The notes under the pieces: model-generated
Seen by the model: only the letters and a program-made list of their open reading frames with translations
Database searches by the model: none
Told to the model about the DNA's origin: nothing
Position numbers and translations under genes: made by a program
Part shown: positions 48,970 to 59,180 of the stretch, piece by piece
Numbering within the stretch: position 1 is the stretch's first letter
How the letters are laid out: each line of letters opens with the position of its first letter
From: Patescibacteria group bacterium
Lineage (GTDB): Bacteria; Patescibacteriota; Microgenomatia; UBA12405
DNA: 64,000 nt
Assembly (NCBI GenBank): GCA_050943115.1
Contig: JBMNON010000004.1
Span: 2,447-66,446, forward strand
Reading direction: 5' to 3'

Positions 48970-49236
48970 ATGTCTAAAGAAAGCGTAAATACTTGCCAGG
49001 ATTGTGTTTTATTTTTACCAATCGAAGACACCAAACCGATAAAATATCTTCGGGCCAAATTAAAAGACTGTTCCCCTTGGAGAACCCAGCTTGATAATTC
49101 TCAAACCGGTTTATGCCAGAGTATGGCAAGATTAGTTATCGTTAACAGGAGTGGAAGGGCAGTTGTTGAATGTCCGGCGGTGTTGTCCACAGCCCCCTCT
49201 TGTGAAAACTTTCTTCCAAGAAGACGGGAAGAATAA
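48970..49236 (+). CDS. Small Cys-rich hypothetical protein
   Basis: CQDC plus four further Cys, ending SCENF; abuts the upstream stop. Confidence 0.5.
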   Translation: MSKESVNTCQDCVLFLPIEDTKPIKYLRAKLKDCSPWRTQLDNSQTGLCQSMARLVIVNRSGRAVVECPAVLSTAPSCENFLPRRREE

Positions 49237-49260
49237 ATTTGTGTTATAATCTACCTCGTA

Positions 49261-49319
49261 GCTATCAGGTCGGTGTTTCGGAAGCCAAGCCGGAGCATTA
49301 TTAATTACCGACAAATAGC
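49261..49319 (+). ncRNA. Candidate structured rpsO (S15) leader
   Basis: Nested stems GCUAU/AUAGC, GUCGGU/ACCGAC and GUUUCGG/CCGGAGC between TGtTATAAT (49242-49250) and ATG 49328. Confidence 0.6.
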
Positions 49320-49327
49320 CCTAAACA

Positions 49328-49597
49328 ATGGCATTAACTAAAGAAGAAAAAAAAGGTATTATCGATAAGCACGCCCAAGCTAAGGGTGACACCGGTTCAC
49401 CTGAAATTCAGGTAGCCATATTAAGTAAGGAAATTGAAAAACTCCAAGGTCATCTTTTGGAAAACAAACACGATTCCCCTGCAAAAAGAGGTTTGCTAAG
49501 TAAGATCGCAAAAAGGCGAAGACTCCTAAGATATTTGTCTGAGCATAACCAGGATCGGTACGGTAAACTGATAAAGGATCTGGGTTTGAAAAAGTAA
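49328..49597 (+). CDS. rpsO: 30S ribosomal protein S15
   Basis: DTGSPEIQVAIL, HL..NKHD...KRGLL..I.KRRRLL.YL. Confidence 0.97.
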   Translation: MALTKEEKKGIIDKHAQAKGDTGSPEIQVAILSKEIEKLQGHLLENKHDSPAKRGLLSKIAKRRRLLRYLSEHNQDRYGKLIKDLGLKK

Positions 49598-49648
49598 TTT
49601 AAGATCCTTTAACTTTGTGTTAATTTATGAATTTTAAAAAGGTAAAAT

Positions 49649-51838
49649 ATGGTTATGACCAGTAACTCTTTTGATATAAAAATCGGCGACCAAATTATAA
49701 ATCTCGAAGCCAACAAGCTCGCCCCCCAAACTAATGCTTCAGTAGTAGCCACCTATGGTAATACCAAGGTATTAGCTACGGTTGTAATGGGCAGAACTGA
49801 CCAAAGCCGGGATTATTTCCCTCTTTCAGTAGAATTTGTTGACAAGCTTTACGCTGGTGGTTTGGTTAAGGGTGGTAAATGGGTTAAAAGAGAAGGCGGT
49901 CCTTCTGACAATGCTATCCTTTTTGGCCGGATTATTGACCGGTCTGTTCGTCCTCTCTTTCCGGACGGCTTTATGAACGAAGTTCAGATTGTCACCACCG
50001 TCCTCAGCAACGACAAGGAACATGATATAGTTTTGGCTGCTTTTACCGCAGCTTCAGCCGCCCTGGCCATTTCCGATATCCCCTTTAATTCTGCAGTATC
50101 TGCTGTCAGGGTTGGTCTGATCGAGGGTAAGATGGTAATTAACCCGGCACTCTCTCATCTTAGCCAATCCAGCCTGGATCTCCTTGTCTGTACGGGTCCG
50201 GCGGGTGTCAATATGATTGAGGCTGATGCTCAAATAGTCGACAACGAGGCTGTCCTTAATGCCATTGAAGTGGCCAAGGACACCGGCGAAGCAATTAACA
50301 AACAGATATTGGAATTTGCCCAAAAATACGGTAAGAAAAAAGTGGAGTTTATTCCGGTTCTTCCGCCCCAGGATCTAATTGAAGAACTCAATTCTAAGTA
50401 TCAGGAAGATATCAAAAAATTCCTTGAAAACGGTGTCGACGGTAACCACATGCAGGCCGAGCATGATTTGCTGGAGAAAATTACACAAGATTACAAAGCC
50501 AGGGTTGAGACCGAAGAAGAATTTACCAAACTTTTAACTGAATCATTCAACTACGTCATTAAAAAACATATTCGCCAGAGTACTCTCGATGGCCAGAGAT
50601 ATGACAAAAGGGCTTTTGATGAAATTCGTCCTCTTCAAATCGAAGCCGGGATTCTCCCTTCGGCTCATGGTTCAGCCCTGTTTCAAAGAGGTTTGACGCA
50701 GGCATTGACCATAACTACTCTAAGCTCTTTGGCGGAAAAACAGTACCTCCAGGATTCAACCGGAGAAACCACAAAACGATATATCCACTACTACTCTGCA
50801 ATGCCTTTTTCCACCGGTGAAGCCGGTCGATTTGGTCGTCCCGGCAGAAGGGAAGTCGGCCATGGGGCTCTAGCTGAGAAAGCCCTGGCTCCTGTTATCC
50901 CATCTGAGCAAGAGTTTCCCTATACCATTATTCTGACATCGGAAGTTCTTTCGCAAAACGGATCTTCTTCCATGGCTTCTACTTGCGGCTCAACTTTGAG
51001 CCTGATGGATGCCGGAGTCCCCATAAAAGATAAAGTAGCCGGAATTTCTATTGGTATGATGTCTGATGACAAGGATAACTATGTCCTTCTGACTGATATC
51101 GCCGGAGTCGAAGATCACAATGGCGATATGGATTTTAAAATAACCGGCACCCGCACCGGTATTACCGCCATTCAGCTTGATATCAAAAGAATGGGCTTGA
51201 CCATGGATATGATAAAAGCTACTTTTGAGGCAAGTACCAAAGCCAGATTTCACATCTTAGATGAAATGGAAAAAGTGTTGTCCTCACCCCGTCCTGAGTT
51301 ATCACCCAATGCTCCTAAAATTTCTATGGTTCGTGTCCCCGAAGAAAAAATTGGAGAGATTATCGGCAGTGGCGGAAAGACTATTAAAGGGCTTATGGAG
51401 AAATATGGAGTTGAGATCGAGGTCGACGATGAAGGCATTACCTCAATATCCTCTCTGGATCCGGCCAAAAACGAGGCTGCAGCTGAAGAAATTCGGGCTA
51501 TGATAAAAGAGGTGGAAATAGGAGAAGAGTATGCCGGAGTAGTTACCAGAGTTGAGAACTATGGCGCTTTTATTGAGTTCCTTCCCGGAAGAGAAGCCCT
51601 GCTTCATGTTTCCGAGATGTCCGGTGGTTTTATTGCCGACCCTTCGTCTATTATCAAAATAGGCGATAAAGTCGACGTCAAAATTTCCGGTTTCAATGAT
51701 AATCACCAAATAAAATTATCTGCTCCTCAATTTAAGGCTGATCATCCCGGTTCTCCCCAGCAACCCAGACCGGCATTTGATCGAAATCGGACAAGCTACG
51801 GTAGGCCTCCTTTCCGACCCAAAGACCGTCGCCGCTAA
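49649..51838 (+). CDS. pnp: Polyribonucleotide nucleotidyltransferase
   Basis: YFPLSVEF, IDRSVRPLFP, HGSALFQRG.TQ, RRE.GHG.LA, NGSSSMAS.CG, GDMDFK, KH and S1 domains. Confidence 0.97.
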   Translation: MVMTSNSFDIKIGDQIINLEANKLAPQTNASVVATYGNTKVLATVVMGRTDQSRDYFPLSVEFVDKLYAGGLVKGGKWVKREGGPSDNAILFGRIIDRSVRPLFPDGFMNEVQIVTTVLSNDKEHDIVLAAFTAASAALAISDIPFNSAVSAVRVGLIEGKMVINPALSHLSQSSLDLLVCTGPAGVNMIEADAQIVDNEAVLNAIEVAKDTGEAINKQILEFAQKYGKKKVEFIPVLPPQDLIEELNSKYQEDIKKFLENGVDGNHMQAEHDLLEKITQDYKARVETEEEFTKLLTESFNYVIKKHIRQSTLDGQRYDKRAFDEIRPLQIEAGILPSAHGSALFQRGLTQALTITTLSSLAEKQYLQDSTGETTKRYIHYYSAMPFSTGEAGRFGRPGRREVGHGALAEKALAPVIPSEQEFPYTIILTSEVLSQNGSSSMASTCGSTLSLMDAGVPIKDKVAGISIGMMSDDKDNYVLLTDIAGVEDHNGDMDFKITGTRTGITAIQLDIKRMGLTMDMIKATFEASTKARFHILDEMEKVLSSPRPELSPNAPKISMVRVPEEKIGEIIGSGGKTIKGLMEKYGVEIEVDDEGITSISSLDPAKNEAAAEEIRAMIKEVEIGEEYAGVVTRVENYGAFIEFLPGREALLHVSEMSGGFIADPSSIIKIGDKVDVKISGFNDNHQIKLSAPQFKADHPGSPQQPRPAFDRNRTSYGRPPFRPKDRRR

Positions 51839-51853
51839 TGTATACTGATAATA

Positions 51854-52915
51854 ATGGATACCAAGGCTTTGACTGTAGACCAAGCTATAGTCAATCTAAA
51901 GGCTAAAACTAAAGACACAAACTTTCCTCCTGCTTTAGTTGACAAGCTCAATGAGCTTTTTGCCCAACTGGAAATAAATGCCAGATCCGAATCCAACTTT
52001 TGGCAAAATTTTCAATCGGCATCCCAGTACATCGATTGGTTAATTAGCCTTCCCTGGAATCAGGAAAGTAAGGATATCCTAGATCTTGACTATGCCAGGG
52101 AAAAACTTAATGAAAATCACTATGGCCTCGATGCTGTTAAGGAGAGAATCCTCGAATATATTTCGGTTCTAGCCTTGCAAAAAAACCGTACCCCCGACCA
52201 ACCTCTTAGGGCTCCAATTCTTCTTTTTGTAGGTTTAGTAGGTACCGGAAAAACTACCATGGCCAAATCAATTGCTGATGTTATGGGCCGCAAGCTTATA
52301 CGTATTCCTTTTGGCGGCTTGGGTGATCCTCATTACCTTAGAGGTCGATCAAAGTACTACCAGGATGCGCAACCTGGTCAAATTATCAAAGGATTAGCTT
52401 GGGCAAAAACAAGAAACCCGGTGATTCTTTTGGATGAAATTGACCGTGTTGCCGACGATGCTTTAAACACCATAATGGGTGTTCTGGTCGAATTGCTGGA
52501 TCCTGAACAGAACATGGCGTTCACTGATCACTACATTGATTATCCCTTCAATCTTTCCCAGTGCGTTTTTGTTGCTACCTGTAACAATACCAATCGAATT
52601 GCTACTGCTGTTATGGATCGTCTTGAAGTTATTCAGATGCCCTCATATACCGATGAGGAGAAAATCGCCATAGGCCGGGATTATATTTTGCCTTCAGCGA
52701 TTAAAGATGCCGGCTTAAAGCCTGGCGAACTTCTAATCGCACCTTCTATATGGCCACAGGTTGTCCGCCCCCTGGGTTTTGATGCCGGAGTTAGAACCTT
52801 GAAAAGGAACATTGAAGGACTCTGCCGAAAGACAGCTCGTCTTATTTTTGAGAACAAGACCAAGGCTGTGACGGTGGACGAATCCAATGTTAAACATTTT
52901 TTGCCTCAGTGGTAA
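51854..52915 (+). CDS. Lon-like AAA+ ATPase lacking N-terminal and protease domains
   Basis: YIDWL.SLPW, HYGL..VKERILEY, GLVGTGKT, NPVILLDEID, LDPEQN..F.DHY, GVR.L.R; ends right after the AAA lid. Confidence 0.85.
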   Translation: MDTKALTVDQAIVNLKAKTKDTNFPPALVDKLNELFAQLEINARSESNFWQNFQSASQYIDWLISLPWNQESKDILDLDYAREKLNENHYGLDAVKERILEYISVLALQKNRTPDQPLRAPILLFVGLVGTGKTTMAKSIADVMGRKLIRIPFGGLGDPHYLRGRSKYYQDAQPGQIIKGLAWAKTRNPVILLDEIDRVADDALNTIMGVLVELLDPEQNMAFTDHYIDYPFNLSQCVFVATCNNTNRIATAVMDRLEVIQMPSYTDEEKIAIGRDYILPSAIKDAGLKPGELLIAPSIWPQVVRPLGFDAGVRTLKRNIEGLCRKTARLIFENKTKAVTVDESNVKHFLPQW

Positions 52916-53487
52916 TGTCGCCAAAAGATAAAAAACTAAAATATATCGCTGATTTAGTAGCTCAATGCACTAAATGCCCTCTTTATAAAACAGCTACCAA
53001 TCCGGTTCCGGGGTCAGGAGATTCTAAAACAGAAATTGTCCTTATCGGCGAAGCCCCGGGCTTTTATGAAGATCAGCAGGGTTTGCCCTTTGTCGGTAAT
53101 TCTGGTAAACTACTTGATAGACTATTGGCAGACATCAAATTGAGTCGGGAAGAAGTTTTTATCTGTAACATCCTAAAACATCGACCTCCCAACAATCGCG
53201 ATCCGCTGCCAAACGAAATTAGGGCTTGTGTACCTTATTTGAAAGCCCAATTACAAGTTATCGAGCCGAAAGTTATAGTCACCCTGGGAAGATTCGCTCT
53301 TAATTATTTTTTCCCGCAGGATATGATTAGCCGGGTTCATGGACAAATTAAACAATTTGTGTGGCAGGAACAAAACCTGTCTATGATTCCTGTCTATCAT
53401 CCGTCAGCGGCACTACGAAGCACCTCCAACCTAAAAGCTCTGGAAGAAGACTTCCGGAAAATCGGCAAATATTTAAATAAAATTTAA
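52915..53487 (+). CDS. udg: Family-4 uracil-DNA glycosylase
   Basis: C..C.L, GEAPG..ED..G.PFVG, RPP.NRDP...E...C, YHPSA.LR; TAATG coupling. Confidence 0.93.
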   Translation: MSPKDKKLKYIADLVAQCTKCPLYKTATNPVPGSGDSKTEIVLIGEAPGFYEDQQGLPFVGNSGKLLDRLLADIKLSREEVFICNILKHRPPNNRDPLPNEIRACVPYLKAQLQVIEPKVIVTLGRFALNYFFPQDMISRVHGQIKQFVWQEQNLSMIPVYHPSAALRSTSNLKALEEDFRKIGKYLNKI

Positions 53488-53489
53488 TT

Positions 53490-55259
53490 ATGGAAAGAAA
53501 ACAAAGAAAACCAAAACAAAAAGGACAGGACCAAGTCCAGCAAAACTTTTACAATAACCCGGTCAGGCAGTATAAAAACCCCTATGACTCTGTCAGGATC
53601 GCCTCGTTGGGAAGCTTTGGTGATGTCACCCAAAACATGTTCGTTTATGAATTCATCCCTAACGGCGATTACAACAAGAGTCAAATAATAATTGTAGATG
53701 CCGGTGTCGGCTTTCCTGAGGAAGACGCTTTCGGGGTGGATCTTCAGATACCAGACACCCAATATCTTCAGGACAAAAAAGACAGAATACTGGGAATACT
53801 TATCACTCACGGCCACGAAGATCATATTGGTGCTATCCGCTTTATTCTACCGATTCTTGGGAAAAATATCCCTATTTATGCACCAAAACTTGCAGCTGCT
53901 TTTATTGAATCCAGGCTTACTGAAAGTAGCTTGAGGGCAAATATGCACATTTATGATGGCAGGGAACAAATCAAATTGGGTCCTTTCACGGTTGACCCTG
54001 TTCGGGTCACTCACTCTATACCAGATACTTTTCATCTTGCCATTAATACCTCAATCGGTGTCTTTTATCACGGATCGGATTTTAAATTTGATGTTTTCCC
54101 GCTTGATAATAAACCTTCAGACATGAGAAAAATAGCCCATGTAGGCGATAAAAATGTAGTATGTTTACTTTCAGATAGCTTAGGCTCTGATCATGAAGGT
54201 TTTTCTCCCTCGGAACGTTCAATTGCCGAAAACTTTAAAAGGGAAATTGTCTCTGCCCCCGGACGGGTATTTGTCACCTCGATTTCCAGCAACATTGTCC
54301 GTTGGAGTCAGGCCATAGAATATGCCAAAAGCGTCGGCCGCAAAATTGCCGTTGTCGGCTTTTCAATTGAAAAAGCTATTGGTATTGCGCGGGAGCTCAA
54401 CTACATTAACTTAACCGAAGCAGACATGATCCCAATTGAGAGGGCTAAAAATTTCCCGGACAACAAGATTATCTTTTTAGTTGCCGGTTTCGCCGGCCAG
54501 CCCGATTCGGCCCTCAGCAAAATTGTCATGGGCAAGCACCGCTTGAAAATTAAACCCGGGGACAAGGTAATATTTTCTTCCCCTGATTATATTCCCGGCA
54601 CTACCTCCGGCATATATGAAATGATTGATAATTTGGCACGTCAGGGTGCGGATGTCACATACGGAGAAAAAGAAGAACTCCATGTTTCCGGCCATGGATA
54701 TCAAAAAGAACACGCCATCCTGATTGATCTTCTCAAACCAAAATACCTTCTGCCTATTGGCGGCAACTTCCGGCATGTAAAAAGCTATGAAAGCATGGCC
54801 AAAAACCTGGGCTACAAGGAGGAACAAGTAATCAAACCGGACTATGACGCCACGGTCACTTTCCATGGCAACGGTAACTTTGATACCAATTTCCGCATAC
54901 CTTTAAAGAAGGTTTTAATTGACGGCTTGGGAATTGGTGACGTTGGCACTACTGTTCTTCGGGATAGAAAACTTCTAGCCGAAGACGGCATGATAACAAT
55001 TGTTATGCTTGTCGATTCCCAAACCGGCGAGCTGTATAAGGAGCCGGTAATTCTTAGTCGAGGCTTCGTCTTCGTAAAAGAAAGTTCGGATCTTCTTAAT
55101 TATCTGCGCCAGGAAGTTACTGGCAAGTTTAAGCAGGTCACCAGTAAACCAGCAAATTTCGATTATATCCGTGAGGAAATTCAGGGTTACATCGAAACAA
55201 TAATCCACCAAAAAACCGGCCGTGAGCCCATGGTTCTGCCCTTGGTAATTGAAGTCTAG
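53490..55259 (+). CDS. rnj: Ribonuclease J
   Basis: THGHEDHIG, THSIPD, DFKFD, HVSGH, LRDR..LAEDG. Confidence 0.95.
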   Translation: MERKQRKPKQKGQDQVQQNFYNNPVRQYKNPYDSVRIASLGSFGDVTQNMFVYEFIPNGDYNKSQIIIVDAGVGFPEEDAFGVDLQIPDTQYLQDKKDRILGILITHGHEDHIGAIRFILPILGKNIPIYAPKLAAAFIESRLTESSLRANMHIYDGREQIKLGPFTVDPVRVTHSIPDTFHLAINTSIGVFYHGSDFKFDVFPLDNKPSDMRKIAHVGDKNVVCLLSDSLGSDHEGFSPSERSIAENFKREIVSAPGRVFVTSISSNIVRWSQAIEYAKSVGRKIAVVGFSIEKAIGIARELNYINLTEADMIPIERAKNFPDNKIIFLVAGFAGQPDSALSKIVMGKHRLKIKPGDKVIFSSPDYIPGTTSGIYEMIDNLARQGADVTYGEKEELHVSGHGYQKEHAILIDLLKPKYLLPIGGNFRHVKSYESMAKNLGYKEEQVIKPDYDATVTFHGNGNFDTNFRIPLKKVLIDGLGIGDVGTTVLRDRKLLAEDGMITIVMLVDSQTGELYKEPVILSRGFVFVKESSDLLNYLRQEVTGKFKQVTSKPANFDYIREEIQGYIETIIHQKTGREPMVLPLVIEV

Positions 55260-55277
55260 TTACCTTATAATAAGCTC

Positions 55278-56996
55278 ATGCTTTACAGCAAACTTTTTGG
55301 TAAAACCAGCAAGACCGTCAGTAGCCAGGCAGTTGTTACCAGCCACAAACTTCTCCTTCAAGGAGGTTTTATTAGGCCTCTTTCTGCCGGCAGATACACC
55401 TTCCTGCCACTTGGCTTTAAAGTTGCCCGAAAGATTGAGCAGATTATCCGTGAAGAAGTTGTCAAAACCGGAGCCCAGGAGTTAATAGTTCCCACACTTC
55501 ACCCCATCGAACTTTGGCAGAGGGCGAACCGCGATAAAAAATTCGGTTCCGCCATGATGCGCGTAAAAGATAGGAGCCAATCCGAGTTTACCCTTGGAGC
55601 CACTGCAGAAGTCATCATGATGGATTTAGTAAACCAATTCAATGTTACTTACAAAGATTTGCCAATTAACGTCTTCCAGTTTTCCCAAAAATTTCGTGAT
55701 GAAGCCAGACCGAGTGGCGGATTGCTTCGTACCCGGGAATTTGTCATGAAGGACGGTTATTCTTTTCATGAAAACGAAAAAGAACTAAAGAAAACTTACC
55801 GGCAGTACTGGGAAGCGTATGAGAGGATTGCCAAAAGACTCGGCCTTGATGTCCTTGTTGTCGAATCTGATAACGGCGCCATCGGCGGTGCCGTTTCTCA
55901 TGAATTTATGGTTGAAGCTGATGTCGGCGAAGATACCGTAGTAAAATGTTCCTGCGGCTATTCGGCCAATCTCGAAAGAGCCGAATTTATTAAAGAATCC
56001 AAAAATCTTAGCGATCAAAGTAAGCCTCTTTCCCGGATGGACGCTCTCCGGGGTTCCACCATGGAAGACGGAGTCAAGCTACACAATCTTCCCCTGTGGC
56101 AGCAGATAAAGGATGTCGTTTATGTCGACGAATCCGGTCGTTTTATTCTAGCCATAATTAGAGGCGACTTCATGGTCAACGAGACCAAACTGAAAAATTT
56201 GGTCAACTCGGTAGAACTCCGACACGCCGACGATGAAGAAATTAGAAACCAGCTTAAATCCGAACCCGGATTTATTTCTCCGGTTGGCATTAAGGAAAAT
56301 TTAGGCAATAATGTTAAGCTCATCATTGCTGCTGACGACTCGCTTCGTACCATTAAAAATGCCTACGGAGGATCGAATGAAAAAAATACGGACCTATTAA
56401 ATGTTAATATTGATCGCGACTTTAAACCCGACATTGAAGGAGACATCGCTCTAGCCCAAGAAGGTTACCTCTGTCCTAAATGTAAAAAACAGGTTCTCAC
56501 TGCAGTCAAAGCTGTTGAATTCGGTAACATATTTAACATAGGTTATACCTATTCAGAGCCCATGGATGGTACTTTCGTCGATGCTGAAGGCCAAAAAAAG
56601 CTGCTTTACATGGGTTCCTATGGAATCGGTATCGGTCGGGCCATGGCTACCATCGTCGAAAAACACCATGACGACAAGGGTATTATTTGGCCACGCTCCA
56701 TAGCTCCTTTTCAAATTCACCTTATAGGCCTTGACCTTTTTGAAGAATCCGTCAAAACCCAAGCCCAAAAGCTATATGAAAACCTTATAAGCAGGGGAAT
56801 TGATGTTCTCTACGATGATAGGGAAGAAGTATCGGCCGGCACCAAATTCAATGACGCTGACCTGCTCGGCATTCCCGTCCGCTTGGTAATTAGTAAAAAA
56901 AGTTTGGAAAATGGCGGAATAGAGTACAAAGAAAGAGACCAAAAAGAAACAGAAATTTTTTCAAAAACAAGCCTTACCGCCAAACTAAGCAAATAA
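55278..56996 (+). CDS. proS: Prolyl-tRNA synthetase (bacterial type with editing domain)
   Basis: KFRDEARP..GLLRTREF.MKD.YSF, SHEF, MGSYGIGIGR, GIIWP..IAPF. Confidence 0.96.
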   Translation: MLYSKLFGKTSKTVSSQAVVTSHKLLLQGGFIRPLSAGRYTFLPLGFKVARKIEQIIREEVVKTGAQELIVPTLHPIELWQRANRDKKFGSAMMRVKDRSQSEFTLGATAEVIMMDLVNQFNVTYKDLPINVFQFSQKFRDEARPSGGLLRTREFVMKDGYSFHENEKELKKTYRQYWEAYERIAKRLGLDVLVVESDNGAIGGAVSHEFMVEADVGEDTVVKCSCGYSANLERAEFIKESKNLSDQSKPLSRMDALRGSTMEDGVKLHNLPLWQQIKDVVYVDESGRFILAIIRGDFMVNETKLKNLVNSVELRHADDEEIRNQLKSEPGFISPVGIKENLGNNVKLIIAADDSLRTIKNAYGGSNEKNTDLLNVNIDRDFKPDIEGDIALAQEGYLCPKCKKQVLTAVKAVEFGNIFNIGYTYSEPMDGTFVDAEGQKKLLYMGSYGIGIGRAMATIVEKHHDDKGIIWPRSIAPFQIHLIGLDLFEESVKTQAQKLYENLISRGIDVLYDDREEVSAGTKFNDADLLGIPVRLVISKKSLENGGIEYKERDQKETEIFSKTSLTAKLSK

Positions 56997-57033
56997 GATA
57001 GAATTTGCATATTCTATGCTTTATACTTAATTC

Positions 57034-59175
57034 ATGGCTAAAAGAGGACGCAAAAAAAAATCTAGCGGAATCATCCCTCGTCTGAGATTGAAACCGTCTA
57101 CTGTCCAGTCAATATTTTTCATATTTTTCTTGATATTGGCAATTATTTCCATTTTTTCTTTTCTCCAAACTGGTCCTATTCCGACCCAATACAACCTCAT
57201 TCTTGGCAATCTTTTTGGATTCGGATCCATGTTTGTGCCCTTTCTGTTTCTTCTGATCGCCTTTCTTTTTGCCAAAATCAAGTCACCGCTGAAGGAGCCC
57301 AATGTTTTTCTTGGCTTTTCAATCATGTTTCTGTCAACTATTAGTCTCTTTAGGCAGGGTTTTGCCGGGGAATTTTTTTGGGAGCAGTTGACTATTCTCT
57401 TCGGTCCGGTACCGACTTTTCTCATCTATTTCTTTTCCTTTATTGTCGGTTTTGTAGTTCTCTTCGATACATCTGTTGCTCAGATTTTTAAGTTTTTAAA
57501 TAACACTTTTACTCTCATCAAAAAATACACTATTGGAAACCTACCCAAAGAAAAATCGACTAAAACCAAAAAGGAAATTGGCAGCATTTTTCAATCAGAG
57601 TTGCTGACTGAAAAGGATGATGATACCAAAAAGGAAACTAAATCCGACCCGGCAGTTGTTAACATACCCCCGGTTATCAAAACCCCCAATACCGGTCTTA
57701 ATGGCAACCCTCTTGGATCCTTAAGCAGTTCTGCAAATAAAATTTGGGAATATCCTAACATTTCAATTTTCGATGGCGCTCCCGGTGCAAAAGCTGACAG
57801 GGGAGATGTCCGCAAGAATGCCCAAATAATCGAGCAGACACTCGACTCCTTTGGCATTACTGCCCGAGTTGCCGAAGTCAACAACAGTCCGTCTGTTACT
57901 CAATATGCTCTCGAAGTTGCCCTGGGCACCAAATTAGCAAAAATCATTAGCCTAAGTAACGATTTGGCTATGGCTCTCGCTGCTCCCGGAGGCCAGATCC
58001 GGGTTGAGGCTCCGATACCGGGGCGTTCTTTGGTGGGTATTGAAGTCCCCAACAAATCTCTTGAAGTTGTACCTATCCGTCAAATTCTTGAGTCTGACAC
58101 GATGAAGCAGGCCAAAACAAAGATTACCGTGCCCCTTGGCAAAGACGTCTCCGGTCAGGCCAAGATCGCTGATATTTCCAAAATGCCCCATGTTCTGATT
58201 GCCGGTCAAACTGGTTCAGGAAAATCTGTTTGTGTTAACTCTTGGATTGCCACATTACTTTATAGGGCTTCGCCTGATGAAGTTAAACTGATATTAGTTG
58301 ACCCCAAAAGGGTAGAGCTGACACCTTACAATGGCATCCCGCACTTACTTACTCCTGTAATTGTTGAACCTGAAAAAGTTGTTTCTGCCCTAAAATGGGC
58401 TGTTGCTGAAATGGAAAACCGTTACAAAATGTTTACCGAGGTTGGGGCTAAAAACATTGAAGGTTACAATAACATGGCCGGATTCCAGTCCGTCCCCTAT
58501 ATTGTCATTGTCATTGACGAGTTAGCTGAGATTATGCTTTTCTCTCCGGCCGAAGTAGAGGATAATGTCTGCCGGCTTGCCCAAATGGCCCGTGCGGTTG
58601 GTATACATCTGGTTTTGGCCACCCAAAGACCTTCGGTCAATGTCATTACTGGTCTTATCAAGGCTAACATTCCCACACGGATTGCTTTTGCCGTTGCTTC
58701 AATGATGGACTCCAGAGTTATTCTCGATTCCCCCGGAGCGGAAAAACTGCTTGGTAGGGGAGACATGCTCTATATTCCGCCTGAGCTGGCTAAACCGGTC
58801 AGAATCCAAGGCTGCTTTGTCTCTGATCGGGAAATAAATAATTTAATTGATTACCTCAAGTCCCAAGGTGGCGATACTCAGTATAATGATTTAGTTACCA
58901 GTCAGCCGGTTGCCAGTCCTAATTCTATGAGTAAAAATGTTCTCTCTGTCGATGGCGAAGAAAGAGATTCAATGTTTGATGATGCGGTCAAACTCATCCA
59001 GGAAACAGGTAAGGCTTCTGCTTCGCTTCTTCAGCGTCGGCTTAAACTCGGTTATGCCAGAGCTGCCAGAGTATTGGATGAACTGGAGCAAGCCGGCATT
59101 GTCGGCCCTGCTAATGGTTCCAAGCCTCGTGATATTTTAGTGCCGCATAATTCTTCTGATTCCAGTAACGACTAA
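57034..59175 (+). CDS. ftsK: DNA translocase FtsK
   Basis: N-terminal TMs, APIPG...GIEVPN, PHVLIAGQTGSGKS, IDELA, ATQRPSV, gamma domain SASLLQRRLK.GYARAAR. Confidence 0.96.
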   Translation: MAKRGRKKKSSGIIPRLRLKPSTVQSIFFIFFLILAIISIFSFLQTGPIPTQYNLILGNLFGFGSMFVPFLFLLIAFLFAKIKSPLKEPNVFLGFSIMFLSTISLFRQGFAGEFFWEQLTILFGPVPTFLIYFFSFIVGFVVLFDTSVAQIFKFLNNTFTLIKKYTIGNLPKEKSTKTKKEIGSIFQSELLTEKDDDTKKETKSDPAVVNIPPVIKTPNTGLNGNPLGSLSSSANKIWEYPNISIFDGAPGAKADRGDVRKNAQIIEQTLDSFGITARVAEVNNSPSVTQYALEVALGTKLAKIISLSNDLAMALAAPGGQIRVEAPIPGRSLVGIEVPNKSLEVVPIRQILESDTMKQAKTKITVPLGKDVSGQAKIADISKMPHVLIAGQTGSGKSVCVNSWIATLLYRASPDEVKLILVDPKRVELTPYNGIPHLLTPVIVEPEKVVSALKWAVAEMENRYKMFTEVGAKNIEGYNNMAGFQSVPYIVIVIDELAEIMLFSPAEVEDNVCRLAQMARAVGIHLVLATQRPSVNVITGLIKANIPTRIAFAVASMMDSRVILDSPGAEKLLGRGDMLYIPPELAKPVRIQGCFVSDREINNLIDYLKSQGGDTQYNDLVTSQPVASPNSMSKNVLSVDGEERDSMFDDAVKLIQETGKASASLLQRRLKLGYARAARVLDELEQAGIVGPANGSKPRDILVPHNSSDSSND

Positions 59176-59180
59176 AGCTT

